IMG/VR virus record: IMGVR_UViG_3300033066_002255
Source of the DNA: a virus
Taxonomy: Duplodnaviria > Caudoviricetes
Strand: one strand, 5' to 3'
DNA length: 64,000 bases
Shown here: positions 1 through 7,416 of the stretch, in pieces
Position numbering within the stretch: the first letter of the stretch is position 1
How the letters are laid out: each line of letters starts with the position of its first letter
Program-made: the position numbers and the translations under genes
Notes under the pieces: model-generated
Seen by the model: the letters and a program-made list of their open reading frames with translations, nothing else
What the model was told of the DNA's origin: nothing
Databases searched by the model: none

Positions 1-479
1 TCTAATAGTTCGACAGGTTTAAACATTGCGATAGGTTTTGGAATTTCTGTAAACATATCTTTGACTATTACTTTAATTCCTTTTCCCATATCGCCAAATA
101 GTCCATATACTTTCCAATTGCATACTTCTTTCCCTTTTTTATCAATCATTTTGCCTGAATTGCATTCTTGATAATCTGTTGAAATTCCACCACAGCAAGG
201 GCATTGATATTGTTTACTTGGGAACTTTGCTTTCACATCTTCAATCGTATCAAAAACATACACTTCTGATAAATCAGGAAAGTTGGCATTTTGAAAATAA
301 TTTGTGTAATTACAGTTTCTTGATTTTGCAAATAGTTCCAAAGTTTCAAGTTCAGTTTTGCCCATAACTTTGGCATACTGTGGCACTTTTTCACAAAGGA
401 AATTTACCTTTTCAACTACCCTTTGCAACCCAGTTTCACCAGGCCATCCATTGTATATTTCAACAATGATTTTATTCAT
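1..479 (-). CDS. Cassette gene, hypothetical protein with CPCC...C...C (possible Zn-binding); 3' end outside window
   Basis: My translation from ATG 479: MNKIIVEIYNGWPGETGLQ...YQCPCCGGISTDYQECNSG...VCNWKVYGLFG..., open to the edge. Absent from the ORF track because it has no stop. Confidence 0.75.
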   Translation of the reverse strand, partial: MNKIIVEIYNGWPGETGLQRVVEKVNFLCEKVPQYAKVMGKTELETLELFAKSRNCNYTNYFQNANFPDLSEVYVFDTIEDVKAKFPSKQYQCPCCGGISTDYQECNSGKMIDKKGKEVCNWKVYGLFGDMGKGIKVIVKDMFTEIPKPIAMFKPVELL

Positions 480-501
480 AATGTCCGACTGCAAAAGGGC
501 A

Positions 502-638
502 GCAGGTAACACTGTATTGCCAAAAGGCAGGGCTGACGTAAGTTCATCAGCATTTGTAATTCTATTGTTCATTTGTATTTATTTTGAAGTTTTGTAATTC
601 TAATCCCTGCCCTTCGGCAATACTTTTTCGTTATGTGC
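502..638 (+). repeat. attC-like site A
   Basis: gcaggtAAC-act-GTATTGCCAAAAGGCAGGG...CCCTGCCCTTCGGCAATAC-tttttc-GTTatgtgc; 17/19 stem. Confidence 0.85.
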
Positions 639-642
639 AAGG

Positions 643-855
643 CTACTTGACTGCTCCGAAATCAAAATGCGGAAGAATACGAAATTCACATTCATTTAGT
701 CTGTAAATGGTATTTAGTTCTGCATCTTTTCTTTGGTCTGCGAATTGTTCAATAACCGCCAATTGGTCTTGTGTAATAATTAAAGTCTGTTTTGGTTTCT
801 TTGAGTTTGTTGTTAAGTCAAAGATTTCGCCAATGTGAATTTCGTATTTGTTCAT
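643..855 (-). CDS. Cassette gene, hypothetical 70 aa
   Basis: Fills cassette 631-980; TAG stop abuts the R box. Confidence 0.75.
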   Translation of the reverse strand: MNKYEIHIGEIFDLTTNSKKPKQTLIITQDQLAVIEQFADQRKDAELNTIYRLNECEFRILPHFDFGAVK

Positions 856-891
856 CTTTTTAAATTAAATTTAGTGCTGATAAACCGCCCA

Positions 892-988
892 GCACATAAC
901 AGCGGTTTGGCAAAAGCTGCCATTGAAATTTGTGCGAAAATTGAGCATCCGTTAGGCAGCCTTCGCCAAGCCCGAAAACGTTATGTAC
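892..988 (+). repeat. attC-like site B
   Basis: gcacatAAC-agc-GGTTTGGCAAAAGCTGCC...GGCAGCCTTCGCCAAGCC-cgaaaac-GTTatgtac. Confidence 0.85.
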
Positions 989-1049
989 AAGTGCTATTTT
1001 AGTACTTATAATTGAGTTCAGCGGTTAAAACAAAAAGAATTTTCCCAAC

Positions 1050-1751
1050 TCACTTATTTTTTGATGATTTAATTATATCTAATATTTCACTCCACTCAGT
1101 GTTATTAATAGGTATGGTTGTCAAACTTTGATATGTGTCTATATTACAATATGTTTCTAATTCAGATAAATCAGAATCATACATAATATATTCATTACCA
1201 ATTTCATAATCTTCAATAACATCATTTTTACTATGAAATCCCATCACATCCCAATATAAATTATCATTTAATTTTATATAAACGTGTATAACTTCTTGGT
1301 CTTCCTCGGAAAAAATATAGGTAAATTTGTTATAACCTAATTTAGAAACCTCTTTCGCAAATTTAAAACAACTTCCTCTATTAATATCTTGAAAATTTAT
1401 GGTTTTTAGATTTCTAATATTCAACGCTATATAACTAAGGTCTTTATATTTTTCATTTTGTGTCTTCTTAGTAATAAATTTATTCTTTTTTTGATTATAC
1501 CATTGCTGTGCTGAATTTAGTGAATCAAATTTGTAATATTTACCATCAAGAACTTGAACACCATAACCACCTCTATTTTTACCGTTTTCATCATATAAAT
1601 ACTTATTCAGTTCTTCAGTATCATTGTTAGGTATGTTATATGCTATAATTTTCCCATCATTATCAAAAACATATAAAAAAATATCATTTTGAATATTTTC
1701 ATTCAAATATTCTCTTATGGTGGTTGCTATAAACTTTCTCAAATTTTTCAT
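1050..1751 (-). CDS. Cassette gene, 233 aa phage-type protein with N-terminal LRKFIATTIREYLNE motif
   Basis: Fills cassette 981-1983; TATTTATA motif upstream at 1766-1773 (-). Confidence 0.8.
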   Translation of the reverse strand: MKNLRKFIATTIREYLNENIQNDIFLYVFDNDGKIIAYNIPNNDTEELNKYLYDENGKNRGGYGVQVLDGKYYKFDSLNSAQQWYNQKKNKFITKKTQNEKYKDLSYIALNIRNLKTINFQDINRGSCFKFAKEVSKLGYNKFTYIFSEEDQEVIHVYIKLNDNLYWDVMGFHSKNDVIEDYEIGNEYIMYDSDLSELETYCNIDTYQSLTTIPINNTEWSEILDIIKSSKNK

Positions 1752-1857
1752 CGTTTTCTTTTATATATAAATATTTAAATTTAAAATTTCCACCCTAAAA
1801 TTATTTTTGTTTTTGTCTGTGGTTCTAATCAAGTTTTATCTGAACTTCACCGCACCT

Positions 1858-1991
1858 GTACATAACAAAGTGTATATGTAATGGTGGGTTTATCTCTAAT
1901 CCAAACATTAGTGGTTTCTATAAAGTTGTGTGGTTAATTGAAGTTTATCTCTATTTATCCACCACTACATATACACCCGACCGTTATATGC
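1858..1991 (+). repeat. attC-like site C
   Basis: gtacatAAC-aaa-GTGTATATGTAATGGTGG...CCACCACTACATATACAC-ccgacc-GTTatatgc; 17/18 stem. Confidence 0.85.
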
Positions 1992-2149
1992 TACTTTAAA
2001 ACCGCTTCGTTGATAGCTCGTTCGCATATTTGCCGTATTGTATCTTTTCCTAATTTTTCGATTTGAGAAGTTAAAACATAGATTGTTAATTGCTGTTTTT
2101 TATCGGTGCAAGGTTTCCTCCCTGCACCGTTTCTTTTACCGCCTTTCAT
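1991..2149 (-). CDS. Cassette gene, 52 aa basic protein, probably DNA-binding (GGKRNGAGRKP N-terminus)
   Basis: MKGGKRNGAGRKPCTDKKQQLTIYVLTSQIEKLGKDTIRQICERAINEAVLK*. ATG overlaps the upstream TAA (TAATG) and TAG abuts the R box. Below the ORF-track size cut-off. Confidence 0.75.
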   Translation of the reverse strand: MKGGKRNGAGRKPCTDKKQQLTIYVLTSQIEKLGKDTIRQICERAINEAVLK

Positions 2150-2361
2150 TACTTAATAATTATTGCGTGTCTTTTACCCGTTTCTTTGTCGCTAATCCAA
2201 ATGTGTGAGCCACTTACCCCAACGATTATATTATCGTCTGTGTTTACATCTAAGCATCTTACAAATGATTCAATGTCGCTTGTTTCTAATGCTTCGTTGT
2301 AAGCGTTTTCAATTTGTAATTTTAACGCTTCGTTTTTTGTTTCTACTGTTAATTTTAACAT
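2149..2361 (-). CDS. Cassette gene, hypothetical 70 aa
   Basis: In cassette 1984-2595; promoter-like TATCTTCG at 2395-2402 (-); coupled to 1991-2149. Confidence 0.75.
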   Translation of the reverse strand: MLKLTVETKNEALKLQIENAYNEALETSDIESFVRCLDVNTDDNIIVGVSGSHIWISDKETGKRHAIIIK

Positions 2362-2469
2362 GGCCTATCGTTTTTAATTGTTATTAATCTGATACGAAGA
2401 TAAACCTTTATTTTGAATAAACAATAGTTAAAATCAATTATTTTTCAAAAAAATGAAAATAAAAAAGCA

Positions 2470-2603
2470 GCATATAACACGCAATATAGCAAATGGCTGG
2501 TTCTGTGTTTATTCAAAGTTTTTGCTTCGCATTAACGGTGGTGTAACTTGATAGGTTCGTAGCCCGCAATCAGCCACTTGCCATATTGCCAAACGTTACC
2601 TGC
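2470..2603 (+). repeat. attC-like site D
   Basis: gcatatAAC-ac-GCAATATAGCAAATGGCTG...CAGCCACTTGCCATATTGC-caaac-GTTacctgc; 17/19 stem. Confidence 0.85.
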
Positions 2604-2608
2604 AAGTG

Positions 2609-3439
2609 CTACATTTCGTTTCCAAAGAGAGTTCCTGCTTGTAAATCTTTTTCTTTTCTTTTTTCTTCCCACGCTTTTTTAATACGTTCTTCAATAATAT
2701 TACAGTATTCAGAAGATATTTCGCTTCCAATCCAATTACGATTATTTAAAATACTCATTTTAGCTACCGTTCCGCTTCCCATAAAGCAGTCGTAAACCAA
2801 GTCATTTTCATTGCTCCACGTTGTTATGTGGTCATTTGCTAATGCTTCTGGAAATGGTGCAGGATGTCCTGTTTTTTCACGACCAAGCGTATAAGCAAAA
2901 ATATTCGGTGCAATCTTGTTTTCTTTGGTTGCCTTAAATTCGGTTTCATCATACAATCTCATAGCGTGTTTTGAACCGTGATTTTGTCTGCGTTCTAATC
3001 CGTATTTTTCAACCTTTCCAGCTTGTTTACAAGGTATCATTATTGGATTAAATGTTTTCGGCTTTCCTTTGCTCAAAATAAACATATACTCAAATGATTG
3101 CTCATATCGGTTATGTGTCAATGGCACATAGTTTATTTTTTGGTAAATCATTGTGTCGTGCAAATTAAACCCTATCTCTTTAAAAAATAATGCTTGTTTA
3201 AATGATGTTCCGCTTTCACTTCCATTCATTGTTGCATCGCCTACAATCCAAACAACTACACCGCCTTGTTTAGTAATTCTAAATAACTCTTCGGCAATTT
3301 CTTCAAATGCAAATGAATAACCATTATATTCTCGTAAGTTATCATAAGGTGGCGAAGTAACTGTTAAATCAATGAAATTATCAGGCATTTTAGCCATTGT
3401 ATCAAGGCAATTTTCGTTATATATTTTATTTATTTCCAT
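2609..3439 (-). CDS. Cassette gene, beta-class N4-C/N6-A DNA methyltransferase
   Basis: TSPPY (motif IV) precedes HPAPFP and DCFMGSGT (motif I). Confidence 0.92.
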   Translation of the reverse strand: MEINKIYNENCLDTMAKMPDNFIDLTVTSPPYDNLREYNGYSFAFEEIAEELFRITKQGGVVVWIVGDATMNGSESGTSFKQALFFKEIGFNLHDTMIYQKINYVPLTHNRYEQSFEYMFILSKGKPKTFNPIMIPCKQAGKVEKYGLERRQNHGSKHAMRLYDETEFKATKENKIAPNIFAYTLGREKTGHPAPFPEALANDHITTWSNENDLVYDCFMGSGTVAKMSILNNRNWIGSEISSEYCNIIEERIKKAWEEKRKEKDLQAGTLFGNEM

Positions 3440-3506
3440 CCCTTCTTTTTTTAAATTCTTTTCTTTAGTGCTTCGATTTGAGTTTAGTGGTTAATTAACC
3501 GAGCCA

Positions 3507-3580
3507 GCCAGTAACACGTGCTATAAGCAAGTTTGCCGCAGGCGCAACACAAACCTGCTCATAGCACGTGTAAGTTTAAA
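3507..3580 (+). repeat. attC-like site E (terminal; its R' box continues into guaC sequence)
   Basis: gccagtAAC-ACGTGCTATAAGCAAGTTTG...CAAACCTGCTCATAGCACGT-gtaa-GTTtaaa; 18/20 stem. Confidence 0.75.
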
Positions 3581-4411
3581 TCCTTTTTTGTGAAGCCAAG
3601 CAGCAAATTTTGATTTTGGATTTATCTTGATATATTTAAATAATCTTGTTTCTCCGCAAGATTCAAGGCTTTTATTAAGCATAGAACCTACCATAACATA
3701 ATCTGCACCAAGAGCAATTGCTTTTATTATATCTGAATAGTTTTTCATTCCTCCATCTGCAATAATAAGTGGCTTATTATCTTGAAGTATTAATGACTTA
3801 TGATAACAATCTCGTATTAAAGATGCCATAGGATATCCCACACCTGTTTGTTGTGTAGTAAGACAACCATTTCCATTGCCTATCCCAACTCTAACAGCAT
3901 CCACTCCAGCCTTCGCTAATTCAACATATGTATTTGGATGCGCTACATTTCCTGCCATTATAAAAAGCTTATCACCATATTTATTTTTTGCCTCTTTTAT
4001 AGCTGTAGTCATCTTATGCATATGACCATTAGCCATATCAATAAGAACATAATCTCTATTTTTCGGTGGAGCAATCCCTTCTCGTGTACTTATACCAGGA
4101 GAAAAGAAAACTGTTCCATCTATATAGGTCTTAATAAATTCATCAAGAGATAATGAAGAGAAGGTCTTAAATGCACCTGAACGAACATAATATGATGCTC
4201 TTGGAAAACAAATATTTATTTTGTTATTCCAAAAATCTTTCATATTGTAAGGGTCTACAACAGTATCCATTGGTGCTGTAAATATTGGTAACATACCATT
4301 TTCATCAAAAGGATTAACCTGTGTACGTGAACTAATTTGTGTTTGTACTGCTGGCTGTATTAATATATCATTAAAATCAAATTTTGTTATTTTCTCTTTA
4401 TCGAATCCCAT
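3521..4411 (-). pseudogene. guaC: GMP reductase/IMPDH-family protein, C-terminally truncated by the cassette array
   Basis: APMDTV, AGNV, RVGIGNGNGCLT, IIADGG and GADYVMVGS are present. The expected (F/Y)RGMS flap and final helix are missing, and the last ~17 aa are read from attC site E. Confidence 0.8.
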
Positions 4412-4617
4412 CTTTTTATGCTATCTAGTTTATGATTAATAATATCTGAGGCATCTTTAACGCCTTTCAAATAAATCTCTTTTTTTTCTAATTCTTTTAG
4501 TTTTTCATCTTCTGTATCTATATAATAAAAAAATACAGCTAATACTCCAGCTAAAATAAGAATAAATATTGTAATGCTTTTAAAGCAGCCCTCAATAGGG
4601 TCTGTTAAATCTCCCAT
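4387..4617 (-). CDS. Small membrane protein
   Basis: One hydrophobic helix; overlaps both neighbours. Confidence 0.65.
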   Translation of the reverse strand: MGDLTDPIEGCFKSITIFILILAGVLAVFFYYIDTEDEKLKELEKKEIYLKGVKDASDIINHKLDSIKRWDSIKRK

Positions 4618-4988
4618 AATTTAATTTGTTTTTTTGAAATTGGTCCTTTAGATTGTTCATATTGTTTCCAGTATTCGAGGAAGTGTTCAATTTGTTGTTT
4701 TAATTCAAGTGGTTTATCATTTATATATCTATGATATGAAGTTAAAATAAGAGAACTCATATCATCAGCATGCCATAATTGCATAGATGAAAGAAACTTA
4801 AAAATTGTACTATTACCTTCCCATAAACCCCAATTGCTTCTTATTTTTTTCCCTATTGTAAAATGTGTTGCAATAACAGCCTCCTCCTCTTGGGAGTTTT
4901 TAAAAAATTCATATTCTAAGGTTTTATGTTTAAAGTATTCATCTAATACATCAAAGCATTCACTTAAATTTGTTGGTGACATAATCAT
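4605..4988 (-). CDS. DUF6794-like hypothetical protein
   Basis: PTNLSEC...HFTIGKKIRSNWGLW...HADDMSSLIL pattern. Confidence 0.65.
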   Translation of the reverse strand: MIMSPTNLSECFDVLDEYFKHKTLEYEFFKNSQEEEAVIATHFTIGKKIRSNWGLWEGNSTIFKFLSSMQLWHADDMSSLILTSYHRYINDKPLELKQQIEHFLEYWKQYEQSKGPISKKQIKLWEI

Positions 4989-4993
4989 AATAG

Positions 4994-5001
4994 CAAATCT
5001 A
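4994..5001 (-). promoter_or_regulatory. Bacteroidota sigma-A-type -7 element TAGATTTG
   Basis: TAnnTTTG just upstream of a start codon; the same motif occurs at 7983(-), 15611(-), 18838(-), 20931(-) and 54014(+). Confidence 0.65.
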
Positions 5002-5060
5002 AATAATAATTTTTATTTTACAAAACAAATTACTATATTTAGTAAAATAAAGTTAATAAA

Positions 5061-5612
5061 ATGGCAGAAGAAAAAACTATAGAAGAACTTAAAGCTGAAA
5101 ATGAATTATTGAACAATCAAATTCAGGAGATAAATGAAAAGCTTAAAAATATTGGTGCTCTTATGATAAAAGCAAAAGAGTACAATGTTAAACTTGCTTA
5201 TTCTGTTAGATTATTAGCAGAATCTCATCTTACAAGAGATGAGAAATTAGCTATAGCACAAGAATTTGACAATGCTACTAGTGCAGAGCAGGTTGAAAGA
5301 ATATATCAAAAATATATGGACCAGATATGTCCTCCAGGGGTAGAAATAGAAAAAGATTTTATGTGGTCTCCAGGCTTCATCAGAGACTTAGAGAAGTATT
5401 ATTTTACCCATAAGGGATATAACCCTTTTGAGGTAATAGAAAGTGCCATGAAAGTCATTAGATTACAATTTAAATTAGAAGATGAATTAGGTATTGAAGG
5501 GAATCCAGAGAAAATAAAAAAATTAAAAGAGGCTTGGACTACAAATAAAACATCATCGTTAAAGGCTGTTGAGGATATTTTTTCAGTAACAAATGAAGTT
5601 TTAAAAAGATAA
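5061..5612 (+). CDS. Coiled-coil protein resembling a prohead scaffold domain
   Basis: Coiled coil followed by NVKLAYSVRLL...LTRDEKLAIAQEFDNA. Confidence 0.55.
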   Translation: MAEEKTIEELKAENELLNNQIQEINEKLKNIGALMIKAKEYNVKLAYSVRLLAESHLTRDEKLAIAQEFDNATSAEQVERIYQKYMDQICPPGVEIEKDFMWSPGFIRDLEKYYFTHKGYNPFEVIESAMKVIRLQFKLEDELGIEGNPEKIKKLKEAWTTNKTSSLKAVEDIFSVTNEVLKR

Positions 5613-5660
5613 ACTGGACGGTCTATAAAATTATATAATATTTATATATAAATTAAGGCC

Positions 5661-6128
5661 ATGGAATTCATAAAAAAAATAATAAGAGAAGAACTTGAAA
5701 AGGTTTTAAATGCTCTTCATGAGACTGATTTCTATAAAACAGCAGAACTCAATAAAAAGCCTGTAGATAATCCTAAAGAAAATATTATTTATGATTATGA
5801 AAAAGGTAGAATATTTGCTGGAAATAATTTAGAAGTTGATATTGATAATTTAAATATGTATTATCTATCAGAGTATTTACCAAAAAGTGCCACAGAAGAA
5901 AGGTGGAGTTTTGAATTTATGACTGTTTATGGAACAACTCTTATGGTAGATATTACAAGAAAGATTATAAATAAAAAGAGTTTTTGGTCTATGAAGTTTG
6001 GACAACTTTATAAAGGTGAAAACATTCCAACATTATCTGCTCAAATAACAAACATTGAAGGTTATGATAATTTTATAACTGCAGCTAATATTAAAATGGG
6101 ACCACAAATAGACCCATCAAAGCATTAA
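5661..6128 (+). CDS. Hypothetical protein, likely late/virion
   Basis: N-terminal IKKIIREELE; TATTTATA at 5639-5646. Confidence 0.7.
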   Translation: MEFIKKIIREELEKVLNALHETDFYKTAELNKKPVDNPKENIIYDYEKGRIFAGNNLEVDIDNLNMYYLSEYLPKSATEERWSFEFMTVYGTTLMVDITRKIINKKSFWSMKFGQLYKGENIPTLSAQITNIEGYDNFITAANIKMGPQIDPSKH

Positions 6129-6640
6129 TTTTTACTTAATGTTCTGAAAAACATTTTATAAATATGTTTTTCGTCTGGTTCTATCTCTATCTCATCTTTT
6201 ATATTCCAGTCAGGCAAATTAATAAAAGTATCGCCTTCAACATCTGCATCTATTAATGTGTGATGAATAGTGTTAACATAACCTTTATCAATTGATTCTT
6301 GCAATACAGAAGCTCCACCTATAATATAAACAGAACTATCAGTCTCAGTTTCTTCATCGCAAGATAATATGAAGTCAAGACATTTTTCTAATGTTTCAAA
6401 TTTTAAAACACTAGGATTTGGAATTGATTCTGGGTTGCTAGTTAAAACACAATTAATTCTATTAGGCAAAGGTCTTCCTATTGACTCATATGTTTTTCTT
6501 CCCATAATTATTATGGGATTATTTCCACTTGAGGTTATTTCTTTAAAGCGCTTTAAATCTTTTGGAAGAGACCATGGTAATGTATTATTTATTCCAATAC
6601 AATTATTTTTTGAGCTGGCTATAACTATTGAAGTTTTCAT
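6125..6640 (-). CDS. folA: Dihydrofolate reductase
   Basis: IGINNTLPW..P.DL..FK, IMGRKTYESIGRPLPNR, IIGG, GDT. Confidence 0.95.
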   Translation of the reverse strand: MKTSIVIASSKNNCIGINNTLPWSLPKDLKRFKEITSSGNNPIIIMGRKTYESIGRPLPNRINCVLTSNPESIPNPSVLKFETLEKCLDFILSCDEETETDSSVYIIGGASVLQESIDKGYVNTIHHTLIDADVEGDTFINLPDWNIKDEIEIEPDEKHIYKMFFRTLSKN

Positions 6641-7248
6641 TATTTTACTTCTTCTGTTTTTTCAGGTTCTTTTAAAAGATTTAAAATTTCTTCACTAATT
6701 ATTTCTTTTGTTTTTGAAGCATCTATTGTTTCTAAACCTCTATTACCTGCAAATAGATAACCAGTTTTAAAATAATTTATAACTGGAATAGTTTGAGCTT
6801 TATAAGTATTAATTCTTGTTTCTACAACTTCTTCTGCGTCATCAGCCCTATTTTCCACAAGAGCTCTTGCTTTAATTCTTTCTTTAATAATCTCATTAGT
6901 TGTATCTAATAAAATAATTTTATTTAATGGAGTTTTTCTGCTATTAAGAAATTCGTCAAGAATTTTAGCTTGGTCTACAGTTCTTGGAAATCCATCAAAT
7001 ATAAAACCATTTGCTTTAGGATTATCAATCACATTTTGTTTTACCATTTGAATAACAATTTCATCTGGCAAGTATTTGCCTTTATCAATTAATTGAGTAG
7101 CAAGCTTACCAATTTTGGTATCTTTTTTTTGCTCTTCTCTAATTAAATCTCCAGTAGATAAATGTATTAACCCTAATTGCTCTGCAATTTTTTTTGCTTG
7201 AGTACCTTTTCCCGAACCAGGAGGTCCCATAAGAACTATGTTTATCAT
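6640..7248 (-). CDS. adk: Adenylate kinase (short LID)
   Basis: GPPGSGKGTQ, STGDLIR, FDGFPRT, RADD. Confidence 0.95.
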   Translation of the reverse strand: MINIVLMGPPGSGKGTQAKKIAEQLGLIHLSTGDLIREEQKKDTKIGKLATQLIDKGKYLPDEIVIQMVKQNVIDNPKANGFIFDGFPRTVDQAKILDEFLNSRKTPLNKIILLDTTNEIIKERIKARALVENRADDAEEVVETRINTYKAQTIPVINYFKTGYLFAGNRGLETIDASKTKEIISEEILNLLKEPEKTEEVK

Positions 7249-7258
7249 ATAAATTAAT

Positions 7259-7405
7259 TTAAGCTTTTTTCAATCCTTTTTTTATTCTTCTTTCGTTTTT
7301 AACTAATTTCTCAAGTCTACTAATAACAGGCTTTAAATCAGAACCACCTTTAGTTTTCAAATCTTTGATTGATTGTACTAAAACTTTTTTCATCTCTTCA
7401 TTCAT
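7259..7405 (-). CDS. Small basic protein, 48 aa
   Basis: MNEEMKKVLVQSIKDLKTKGGSDLKPVISRLEKLVKNERRIKKGLKKA*; fills the def-adk gap on the same strand. Confidence 0.6.
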   Translation of the reverse strand: MNEEMKKVLVQSIKDLKTKGGSDLKPVISRLEKLVKNERRIKKGLKKA

Positions 7406-7416
7406 AAATTTATTGT

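Larger units (their letters stand above)
1..3574 (+). mobile_element. Integron-like gene cassette array (CALIN-like, no integrase in window); continues beyond the left edge
   Basis: Five AAC...stem-loop...GTT sites separate single genes or gene pairs. Cassettes are <1-630, 631-980, 981-1983, 1984-2595 and 2596-3574. For three cassettes the first 9 nt are the exact reverse complement of their own R'' box. Confidence 0.85.

Noticed and set aside
179-2795. + strand ORFs 179-367, 358-597, 2090-2302, 2205-2387, 2586-2795
   Set aside because: They are antisense shadows of minus-strand cassette genes or run across attC-like sites.
502-3580. CRISPR array or REP/terminator explanation for the hairpins
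   Set aside because: The repeats differ in sequence, are separated by whole genes, lack U-tracts and keep AAC/GTT ends with cross-site complementarity.
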